DNA of 63,828 bases, counting the filler, from Octopus bimaculoides (taxonomy: Eukaryota): the NCBI RefSeq assembly GCF_001194135.2. It is 5 parts of 5 records of this genome, joined end to end, with 100 filler letters (N's around TTAATTAATTAA, not from the genome) between each part and the next. Parts side by side here need not be neighbours in the genome. Positions count along the whole stretch, not along the records: positions 29,608 to 58,689 come from NC_069005.1; 4 more parts are not named here. One strand, written 5' to 3'. Below are positions 39,101 through 51,000 of this stretch, piece by piece. The notes under the pieces are model-generated. The model made no database searches and was not told where the DNA came from. It saw nothing but the letters and a program-made list of their open reading frames with translations. The position numbers and the translations under genes are program-made. Within the stretch, counting starts at the first letter, position 1. Each line of letters opens with the position of its first letter.

Positions 39101-39664
39101 TTTGTTTAAATGTTTTCTACCACAGTTTTGTGTCGACTTGGAGGCTTTTGGAGTGAAATTTTGGTGGATGGATTTTATATAATCGGTGGCACTGTTCTTA
39201 GGTGGGCATCTGAATAAATCTCACCGTTTAACACCTGGACCCTGGGTACCTGTAACAGAGTCCACTTTGTTGCCAGAATTCATGCCAAGTCTCTGGCCTG
39301 AGAATAACTTTTATTCTTTCTTCCAACCAGTCTCAAAGGCACCAATAATGGTCATGAGTGTTGCCTTCTTATTCAATTAGGCCAACAAAAAACAGTGTCA
39401 CACTTCCACTTCCTATTAAATATGTACCAGTCAGGTACCGGGGTTGATGTGATCAACTTACCCCCCTCCCCCAAAATTTCAGGCCTTGTGCCTTTAGTAG
39501 AAAGGATTGTTATTATCATAATATAATTCCTTAATTTTAATTTCAAATTTCTAATCCTGCTGCATATATTATAACGAAATGAATATCTCTTTTGTAATGA
39601 CTGTGGTCATTTGGAGAACCACGTGTGTATATTGTATTTTCTGTTGTTTATTCCAGCATTGAGA

Positions 39665-39785
39665 ATGTCATATCGGGAAAGAGGTCGCCGATCTTTTGAT
39701 CAGGGATATGATGGAGGAAGACACGGTGGAGGTGGCCATGGAAGAGGGGGTCGAAAGTACCAGGACTATGACAGCACTGACAATG
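39665..39785 (+). CDS. DHX36: DHX36 first coding exon (Gly/Arg-rich N-terminus [15 protein letters not shown]...)
   Basis: Acceptor ttccag ends 39656, ATG at 39665, donor G|GTATGT (phase 1). The MSY start and Gly-rich content resemble the DHX36 N-terminus. Confidence 0.85.
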
Positions 39786-42700
39786 GTATGTGTGAGAGAA
39801 GAAATTTTTTAAATGTTTTATTGAAGATTTAATCCACTGAACAAGGCCAGTGTTCACAACTTTTCCCAAATCTTAGATATCCAGTGGAGTCGTATCGGAT
39901 TAATAATAACTAAATCATTGCTATTAGTGGTCAGACTTCAACTGTATCATATTCCCAGGACCAAGGGAAAGGATTTGGGCACTGGCCTTGCTCTCTGGAT
40001 TTGAAACTGAATCCAGAAAACATTAACCCTTTAGCATTTAAACTGACCATATTTGGTCCAAATATTTTATCTGTTTTATGTTCAAACTGGCCAGATTTGG
40101 CCTCTCATACCAATCCTACAATGTCATTCTGAAATAACCTATTACATCATTAAAATTTCAAAGCTGTGAGATAATACATGATTAATTCTAAACAATGTGA
40201 ATAAATAATTATTATATCTGACAGAGTAATCAATGCTAAAGGGTTGAAAACTTATCTGGAAATAAATAAGCACCGAGGAGAAGAAAGCAAAAAAAAAAAA
40301 CACAAACAAACAATACTGCTTATCTTTTATTCTTTTGCTTGTTTCAGTCATTTGACTGCAGCCATGCTGGAGNNNNNNNNNNCTGACATGCCAGTTCCTG
40401 TCGAACCGTCCAACCCATGCCAGCATGGAAAATGGATGTTAAACGGTGATGAAGATCACACACACGCACATATATCTTTTACCTTTTACTTGTTTCAGTC
40501 GTTAGGCTGTGGCCATGCTGGGGCACCACCTGCAGACTCGATTTTCTACTTTTCCTTGCTGTCACGGCTGAAACAAGTTGATCACAACCCAACATCTCTC
40601 CATTCATCATTGTTTCCTTTAAGAGGATAATCCTGAGATTACCCCCCCCCCGCCATCACTTTTACCCACATCTTCCGTCATTCGCTCTGACAGCCTACTT
40701 CTACCTTGCAACATTTCACACTTTTCTGCCCCTTCTACACGTGCCCCCTCTTTCTTGTACATTTACGCTTTATATATTTCAGGAAGAGGTCGTAAAAATT
40801 TCGACCGAGGCTTTGGTGGGAATCACATGAGAGGCAATCGAAAACATAACGACCAAGGCAATAATGACAGTGGTATGTTGTTGTTGTTGTTGTTATGAAC
40901 TTCACACAGCATGGTGGTGTGGGCATGAGAGAGACTGCACTAGATGTTTAATAGCATCATATATCCTGCTTTGTCTTTCTGCTTCTTATAATAATCCCTA
41001 TAATAACTTTTTCTCAAATCTGTCTGTCTGTCACATAACTTTTGATTTGGTTTGCACCTACTCACCGCTTTTTCCTTCCTTCTAGAATGTATGTATGTGT
41101 GTCTATATATAGGGGAAGAATTCACAAAAAAAAAAAAAAAAAGACGAAGACAGGTGGTGTAGACAACAAACAGATGTATTAGTATAATGCTCGGGAAGTG
41201 AAAAAAATTTTTGCTGGGCAAATTCAGTTTTTTCTCCCGTTTGTAGTTTTTTTGTATATAATGTTTATAGAAATAAAAACAGTAAAAAAACTAATATAAA
41301 TATTTTGATCTATTAACCCTTTCGATACCAAACCAGCTAAAACTGCCTCTGGCTTTGTAGTACAAATGTCTTGTTTTCAAAATTTCTGAATTAAAATCTT
41401 CCACCAAACCTCAGACACAATTTATGTTCCTAACACTAGCTTAATGATAACTAAGTTATTTTATTAAATTCTTTGTTATATTTAAAATTAATCGAAAGAA
41501 ACACAGAGCATCTCAACAGAAATATGGTAGCAAAATGGTTAAATGTCTCTTTTATTTCAATATTGTTTTATCTTCTTTTACTTAATTTTTTTCCTGATTA
41601 TATACCTATATTCAAACACAATATTACTTATTCCAGGCATAAAACAACAGGCCATGTACTAGTATTAATAACCGTAAGTTCAGCACAAGGATAATAATTA
41701 TGCAGGGCAGAGCTTTGTCAAGGCAAACTTGACCTTAGCAGGATTTGAACCCAGAATGGGCTGATGATTTTTACTCACATTATTTTGAATTAACCATGCA
41801 TTATCTCGTACCTTTGATATTTCATTGATGCGATTGTTTTCTTTTAGAATGACGTTGTAGAGTAGGTGTGAGAGGCTGGATCTGGTCAGTTTGAACATAA
41901 AATCGGTGGAATATTTTGGCTGGTTTAAATGCTAAAGGGTTAAACAAAACCTGATCAAAGACAATAGCTGGAAACACGAAGAAACAATCACCTAATTTCA
42001 TTCGTTTCTTTGATAGCAGATAATGGTCCTCACAGACATCCGCCTGGCTTGAAAGGGAAAGAGATTGGATTATGGTACAGTCGACGCAGTCGGGCCAAAA
42101 AGGAAATGCAAGACAAACAGCAAGTATGACCTCCTCCCAACATTTTTCCTTTTTTTCTGTTTAAAATTCTTGTCTCCTTAAGTGATATGTGTGCTTTTTA
42201 AAACCAGTCTCTCTCTCTCTCTCTCTCTCCTTAATAACTGATGTCTCCCTGTCTGTGTGTCTCCTTAACCAATTTCATTCTCTCCTTAACAGCGTCCATT
42301 GATAAAAATGGACAGTCGGCAGGAAAATAACATCCGGGACATCTTGGATCAGTTTGGATCCGGTCCATCCAGCAGCTCCCACCCTCATCAGTACCACCCC
42401 AGTTCTCACCACACCACCAGCATCAGGGATTGCCGTGACAACAACAGAACACAGAAAACCTCGTCGGACGACTGGTTCAACATGGATTCAGCCCATGAGG
42501 AGGAGACCAAACCCAACAGCAGTAAGTCATTGGAATCTCCTGTTTGGCACACCTCGCCTTCAAGAATCAAGGAAAATGCTTATAACAAGGACAGCAACAA
42601 CGACGAGGATGAAATTGGTCATGATGACAATGATAATGTTGAAATGTCATCGCAGTTGACAGAGAGAACCAACAGCTGCGACATATTGGCTTCTGTCACA

Positions 42701-45035
42701 GAAGTGATGAAGTTTTACAAAGAAGAAACCGATTATGGAATTGATCCAACATCAGATGACTTTGGTAATTGTTAGACTGCCATTTTTTTTGGTTTTTGTT
42801 GTGTTTTTTTTATGTTTCTTTTTTTTTTCCTTCTCTTCCCCCCATTTTTCTGTCTTTTCATATCTTTCTCGTGATACCAACCTATCTCCAGTTGTCTGTT
42901 GTGGCATGGTTTCTATGATGGGATGCCCTTCCTAAGGCCAACCATTTAACAGTGTGCTGGGTGCATTTACACAGCACCTACACAGGTGCATTTACGCAAC
43001 ACCATCACAGGTGTGTTTATGCAGCACCAGCACAGTTGCTTTTTATGTGGCACCCACACCTGAAAGGATAGGCCTGTATGAGTAGAAGACAATGATTTTA
43101 CTTCCTCATCCTTCCTCTTCTTCCTCCCCCTTTCTTCTTCATTCCTCCCCACCATACTTACACTCCCCCCCACCTTTTCTCAATATTTTTCCTTTGGTTA
43201 TTTCAGTGCCAAGTTCCAGTATCAAACACAATCCCTTGCTGGATGCAGCATACCAGAAGGACATCCAAGAACGGTCAAAGAGTGCCAGCTACCAAAAAAT
43301 GCTTCAATTTCGGAAGAAATTGCCATCGTACGACATGAGAAAGGTTAGCAACACTTTGGAACATTTTACCCACCACCACCACCAACTCCTTTTGTAGGCT
43401 AACCACTTAAACTTTTTTCTGCAAAATAGGGGTAGTTTATCCTGTTCAGGTTATATTATTAGCATTATCCTGCGATTGAGAATTTAAAAATCACTTCTTT
43501 AACTTTCTAAGACATCTCAACGCTTCTAAAAGCAAACTTTGTTTGTTTGTTTACGTTTATCGTAATTTGAATTTTTCCATAAAATACTATCTGTAATTCT
43601 GTATTGACTCAAATGCAAAAATGGTGTCACTCAAGAAGGACTTCAGTTTGAACAATTTTCATGGTGTTCCATACTTAGATGCTTTTATTAAATTCGTTCA
43701 GTTGTTAAACATAATTAAATCTTGGAATTAAATGGTTTTGATTTACTGTCAGGTGACTTTTGACCAGTCCTGTATATTTACTTAAACCCCCCCCAAAAAA
43801 AAACATTGTATTTTTACAGGAACTTGTAGATAAGATTGAGAACAACCAAGTGGTGGTCATTAGTGGAGAGACTGGTTGTGGTAAAACAACTCAGGTAAAC
43901 AATGCTTTCTGTCTTGTTTGATTTCTTGCAATGTCACTATTGTAACTGTGTGTGTATTGGTTTGTGTGTGTGTGTGAAAGTTGTGAATTTCTGTGTGTGT
44001 GTGTGTGTGTGTAAGTTGTGAATTTATGTATTTCTGTGTGTGTGTGTGTATGTTGTTACACTGCTGCTTAATTCTTGTTGAAATTCACTTGTAATTCACA
44101 CACACACAGCACGGAAAGGATTTTAGTGATACCTTAATAATGATAATAATAATCCTTTCTACTAAAGGCACAAGGATACATTTGTTCATTCATACCTGTA
44201 TGCCAATTGCAGGTACCTCAATTTATCTTGGACGACTACTTAGAACGCGGAATGGGTTCAAAGTGTAGCATCATCTGTACACAACCTCGCCGAATCAGCG
44301 CCGTTTCTGTAAGTAAATAATTCCTCTCTCTCTCTCTCTCTCCCCCTCTCTCTTTTTTGTCATGGAGACCTTCTCCAAAACACTTCTTCCTCCAAATATC
44401 GCCTCATTCCAAATACATATTTTGCTTAAAACAGTCTTTATAACAAACCACTAATGAAGCAGTTATGTAGTTGCTCATTCTGTTAGAAATAGAAGCTAAA
44501 TCTCCCTCATATCACATTTTATTCTTGTGGGACGTAAACACACCACCACCACCACCACCATCATCACCATTCTGATTGTATTTCTTCTGTCTCCTTTTTC
44601 TTTCTGTGAAGGTTGCTCAAAGAGTTGCCGATGAACGTGACGTAGCATGTGGACAGGGCAGCGAAGTGGGATTCCAGATTCGCTTGGAAAGGTTCGCTTC
44701 TTCTCGTTTGCTTCTCTCTTTGTTCTTTTATTCTTTTACTTGTTTCAGTCGTTTGACTGCGGCCATGCTGGAGCATCGCCTTCAGTCAAACGAATCGATC
44801 CCAGAACTTTATACTTTGTACGCCCAGTACTTATTCTATCGGTCCTTTTGCCGAATCGCTAAGTTACGGGGACGTAAACACACCAACATCAGTTGTCAAG
44901 CGATGTNNNNNNNNNNNNNNNNNNNNNNNNNNNNNNNNNNNNNNNNNNNNNNNNNNNNNNNNNNNNNNNNNNNNNNNTATCTTTCTTAGTCTGCTTATCT
45001 CTCCCTCCTTCTCCCTTTCTTTTGATAGCTTTCTC

Positions 45036-45066
<31 letters not shown>

Positions 45067-48000
45067 CTCTGTTTCTTTCTTTCTCTGGTTGACATCTGAA
45101 AACAGATGATGAGGATGATATATTTATTCCTTTCTTTTCTCTTCCCCTCACCCCTCACAGGGAGCTTCCACGAGAAAGAGGATCCATACTGTTCTGTACG
45201 ACTGGTATTGTTCTGAAATGGCTGGAATCTGATCCGTAAGTTGACTACACACTTGCATTCTACCATCACCACCACCACCACAAACACTACAACCACCACC
45301 ACTATCACTGCTACATTATCACCACGACTACCTCCACTGCTACTACTAACTAACAATGCCGCCACCCCCAAAATGTAAGATGAGATGGTCGTGCTTGGAA
45401 TGCCTCAGTTCATAACAAAAATAAAGAAAATCTACTGCAACTCAAGCTAATGAGAAATCTCTGTGTGTCCACTCGACCTGCTAGAAATAGTTGCCAAATC
45501 TCCCTCAAATCAAATAAGTGTTATGTTAAGAAAGAGAGAACACATTGGATAATGTAGATTTACATACACACCAACTATAGTAAAACAAATGGGATGGTCA
45601 TAGCAGGAACGTTTAGGGCTGACCTCGGGTTAAACAACAACCACAACATTAACAACAACCACTTCAGAAGTTCTCCGTTGACCCTTGTGTTGGTGTTTTT
45701 CTCTGTTTCCAGATCATTACTCCGTGCCTCACACATCATCCTCGACGAGATCCACGAGCGGGACCTTCTGTCTGACTTCCTCATGGTCATCATCAAAGAC
45801 CTCTTGGTCACTCGGCCGGACATCAAAGTGATTTTGATGAGTGCAACCCTCAACGCTGAAATGTTCTCCATCTACTTTGGTAAGTTGCCCAACAGAAACC
45901 TACCTTAATATTGTGTTGTTGTATCTCAGGCAACGTAGTTACGGCCTAGTACAGACCACAACTATGTTGCCTGAGATATGTCTTGTTTCAATTTGTGGCA
46001 CAAAGCAAAGCAGGCCTTGCCGTCCACTCAAGAAAACATTTGAGTACTTAAATGATACTCAAGCAAACTGAGCCCTCAACTTGTTCCTTTGCCAAAAAGG
46101 TTTGCAAGGCACCAGCAGGCCTCAAGAGACACATTTGTGTCTATAGAACATGATTAATGCTTTATTTTACTAAGCCCTCATTTGTTGTTCACAACAAGAG
46201 AATTCATATATATATCTATATACATACAATGGGCTTCTTTCAGTTTCCGTCTACCAAATCCACTCACAAAGCTTTGGTTGGCTTGAGGCTATAGTGGAAG
46301 ACACTTGCCCCAAGATGTCACACAGTGGGACTGAACATGGAACCACGTATTTAGGAAGCAAGCTTCTTACCACACAGCCACTATTGCCTCTCCTAAAAAA
46401 ATGTATCAAACCTAGAATGTTCCTTGTATTTTTCCATGCAGAAAACGACTGAGTTAGGGTTTTTTGTTTCTTTGGTCTGTTTTTTTCTAGAAAGTCATTG
46501 TCGTCTGTGAGGTTGTGAAATTCTAAAGACCAAATTAATTCCTTTGGATTTTCTTTTATTTGTTTTTTCGTTGTTGTTGAATTTTATTTTGTTTCTTTTT
46601 TTGTTATTCCAATATTTTTTTTTAATTTTCACTAAATGTTTTGTTTTAATTATTTCTCTGCAGGTGGTGCCCCCATGATCAACATTCCTGGATTTACTTA
46701 CCCAGTCAAAGAATACTATTTGGAAGACGTCTTAGAAATAACAAAGTAAAATCCTGTTCTTAGACAATTTCTGTGTGTGTGTGTGTGTGTGTGTTTGAGT
46801 TCAGTCCCACTGCTTGGTACTTTTGGCAAATGTCTTAGAACTATAGCCCCAGACCAGCCAAAGGCTTGTGAGTGGATTTGGTAAATGGAAACTGAAAGAA
46901 GCCCATTGTGAGTGTGTGTATTCATATTTGAACTTCTCTGATTTGTCAGTGAAGTGCAGACAGCAAACACTCTTGCATACATGCATACATACATGTATAA
47001 ATACACACACACACATGGCTATGGTAAAACGTCTACTTGCTAACCACATAGTTCCAAGTGGTTGAGGCTGTAGTAGAAGACACTTGCCCAAGGTGCCACA
47101 CAGTGGGACCAAACTCGGAGCCGTGTGGTTGGGAAGCAAGCTTGTTACCACATGGCTACACGAGTGTCCCAAATTTTCATTGCTTGAAACTGTTCACTGA
47201 CAAAAAGTGGGGTCAGTGAAAAATGTTTTAAGGGAAGTTGACATTTTTGTGTCTTTCTGAAGGGCTACCTCTGGTCTTCCGCACTGCAATCACTTTAAGT
47301 TTTAATACATGATCTCTGTAAAGTAACCAGATGCTTTTCTGAATAGTTCTAACTGAAATTTTCCTTCTGCCTACCATAGTTATCAGCCACCTGAAGCCAA
47401 GCGTCCGAAATGGGGCATGAGAGGAATGGCTAATGCCAGGAAGGAAGAAATGGAAAGACAGCAAATGAAGGATTGGATTCGTGAGACATTACAAGGAAGG
47501 TATGGATTCACATCACCACATCTCGTTTAACCCTTTAGCATGTAACCCGGCCACATCTGGCCCAAATATTCTACCCATTTTATATTCAAACTGACCAGAT
47601 CTGACCTCTCACACCTCCCTTATAATGTCATTGTACAAATAAACAATCACATCATTGAAATCTCAAAGCTATAAAATAATGCAGGATTAATTCAAGACAA
47701 TGTAAGTAAATGAGCATTACTTTTGATTAGAATCTGAATGCTAAAGGTTTAATTAAATCTCTGAGACGAGTTAACAAGATTATATTTTTCCATAGACTAA
47801 TTAATTAACCTCTTCTTTAGCAATAAAACATTGTTTTAATTATTTTAAATCTAATTAAATTTTTAGATATATGAGATGAGTCATTTACAAGATTATATTT
47901 TCCCACAAACTAATTAACCTGTTCTTTAGCAATAAAACATTGTTTTAATTATTTTATATCAACACTACATACCAATCGGTTTCAACTCTGATCATCATCA

Positions 48001-51000
48001 GTCAGATGTCTACATAAATTACAAGCTTTATTAGTGTTCGTCTCCTCAGTTATGAAAGATCTTTGAGGAACATTTGCTGTGCCCCCTACACTTTTCATTC
48101 CAGTCACTTCAAGAACATTCACTGCAGCTCTTCACACCAGCCCCTTCACCACCACTGTGGCCCCTACATCTACCATTTCTATTCCAGCTACAGCCCTGCC
48201 ACCTGTCACTCCCTTGCTTCTATGGACCATAAATTCATTGATATCGAACTCGTTGTTGAACTTATCAAGCATATTTGCTACAAGAAAGAGGTGAGTGTGT
48301 AAATATAATGGAAATATCGATTTCAAATTTTGGCACAAAGCCAGCAATTTTAGGGGAGGTTGGGGTTAAGTTGATTACACTAACCCCAGTGTTCAACTGG
48401 TACTTATTTTATCAACCCCAAAAGGATGAAAGGCAAAGTTGACCACAGCAGAAATTGAACTCAGAATGTAAAGACAGACGAAATGCTGCTAAGCATTTTG
48501 TCCTGCATGCTGACAATTCTGCAAGTTCTCTGCCTTTAACATTATGTAAATATTAATACAAACTCGTTACCAGTTTGAATATGCTTGAGGCATTTTCAAA
48601 TCCATAAGAAAGCCACCTCAAGCATTTGAACTTGTAACAGTGATGTGTATAAATTAGCAATGTCACCCCAGAATGTGAGTATATTTGACCCCACCCACTT
48701 CTAAAAGGAACTTTTAAGGGATGATACGAACCTCTGGATGAAACAAATAAGAGATAATTCTCCTCCTGGTTAAGAAGCTAGTCCTTCATTGCACCTGTCA
48801 AAGCTAATGAAAGACAGATCCCTTAAGCAACATCATGAAATACATCTCACTTGAAGTATTTCTGACAAATATGTAATCTCCAACCCATTCCAGCAAGGAA
48901 CCTGGACGTTAAACCTTTTTTTTTTCTCCATATTTCTGTTGAAATACACTTTGTTTCAATTAATTTAAAAAATAACGAAGAATTTAATAAAATAACTTTA
49001 TCATTATTAAGCTGGTATTTGGAACATAAATCAGCTTGATATTTTCATGGAAGTTTTTAATTTAGATCAGTTTAAAACATGGGACCCAATATTTACCTGG
49101 TATTACTTATAGCTTTATCTTCTTCAAGTTCCACCATTAAAAAAAAAAAAACAATCACTTTACATTGGGTATTTCAGTTTAATACTTTGAAGATGTTATT
49201 TGATTTCCAGGATGGTGCCATTCTTGTATTCCTTACTGGTTGGGAAGAAATCCGAAAAACCAATGACCTCCTCAACAAAGATCCCACATTCAACAGCCGT
49301 ATGTTTTGTTGGCCATTTTGATCTGTTTTGTTCTGTCCTTGTAATGTTGCTGTTATGTGTTTGTGGAGATGCCTGAAGGTTAGAAAACCGGGGTTGGCAG
49401 GTAGGGGAATAGTTTTTAAATTGCTTGACCAGTGGAGCAAGGGCAGAACTGATGAGCCCATTTTTTTTTCCAGGGCCTCCGTGAGTGGTAGGAAAGAGAG
49501 TGACTCTCAGATGGAAGCCCTGGGTTATGGGTACAAGAGAGAGAGAGTGATCCTTAGATGAGAACCCTGATTTACTGGTGGGAGATAGAGGGACCTTTAA
49601 ATGGGAGCCCTGATGTTCTGGTAGGGGAGAGAGAGAGTGACCATTAGATGAGAACCCTGGTTTAATGGTGAGAGAGAAAGAGTGAGCCTTAGATGGAAGC
49701 CCTTGTTTGAATGTTTGCAACACAATGGACTCTAAAATAAAAGTACCCAAGGACCAGGAGTCATACCAAGTCTTCCGCTCCAAAACAGGAACGGAGTCCC
49801 TCTCATTGACTCCCACATGGTTTCTGTCCCCAGATTTCATGACTCAAGGCTCAAGATAGAAGACACCTGCCTAAGCTGCTGTGCTGTGGGATTGAACCTG
49901 CAACAACATAGTTACAAGGCAAACTTCTTAACCACGTGGTCATGTTTATGACTTTGGTGACACATGGAGGTGAATGGTGGAGGTGGGTGGTAGCAATGAC
50001 ATGTGGAGAGGAACAGTGGCGATTAATGTGGTGATGACATATGGAGATTAATTTGACCATGACATGTGGGAGTTTATGTGAGATTTGACAGCTATTTCTA
50101 TCAGCTGAGGCAACCACATTGGGATACTTATTTCCTTATTGCCCACAAGGGGCTAAACATAGAGGAGACAAACAAGGACAGACAAAGGGATTAAATCGAT
50201 TACATCGACCCCAGTGCACAACTGGTACTTAATTTATCAACCCCGAAGGATGAAAGGCAAAGTTGACCTCGGCAGAATTTGAACTCAGAACGTAGCGGCA
50301 GACGAAATACCGCTAAGTATTTCGCCCGGCATGCTAACGTTTCTGCCAGCTCGACGCCTTGCGATTCTACCATGGGATTCTAACCATTGTTTGGTGTTTA
50401 GTTGCTACCAACACCATCAAGAACAGCAACAGCAACAACTAGAACTTCCTTCAGTAGAGCGAGGGAAACGAAGAGANNNNNNNNNNNNNNNNNNNNNNNN
50501 NNNNNNNNNNNNNNNNNNNNNNNNNNNNNNNNNNNNNNNNNNNNNNNNNNNNNNNNNNNNNNNNNNNNNNNNNNNNNNNNNNNNNNNNNNNNNNNNNNNN
50601 NNNNNNNNNNNNNNNNNNNNNNNNNNNNNNNNNNNNNNNNNNNNNNNNNNNNNNNNNNNNNNNNNNNNNNNNNNNNNNNNNNNNNNNNNNNNNNNNNNNN
50701 NNNNNNNNNNNNNNNNNNNNNNNNNNNNNNNNNNNNNNNNNNNNNNNNNNNNNNNNNNNNNNNNNNNNNNNNNNNNNNNNNNNNNNNNNNNNNNNNNNNN
50801 NNNNNNNNNNNNNNNNNNNNNNNNNNNNNNNGACTGTGGCCATGCTGGAGCACCGCCTTTAGTCGAGCAAATCGACCCCAGGACTTATTCTTTGGAAGCC
50901 TAGTACTTATTCTATCAGTCTCTTTTTGCCGAACCGCTAAGTTACGGGGATGTAAACACACCAGCATCGGTTATCAAGCGATGTTGGGGGGACAAACACA

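Noticed and set aside
49196-49840. 214-aa minus-strand ORF, considered as an inverted copy of the missing DHX36 exon
   Set aside because: It has no helicase motif in any frame, and most of it is the intronic minisatellite.
50401-50440. VATNTIKNS peptide resembling IATNIAETS (motif V)
   Set aside because: There is no upstream PLHS/RKI context, it runs into an (AAC/AGC)n tract and a stop, and there is no suitable donor.
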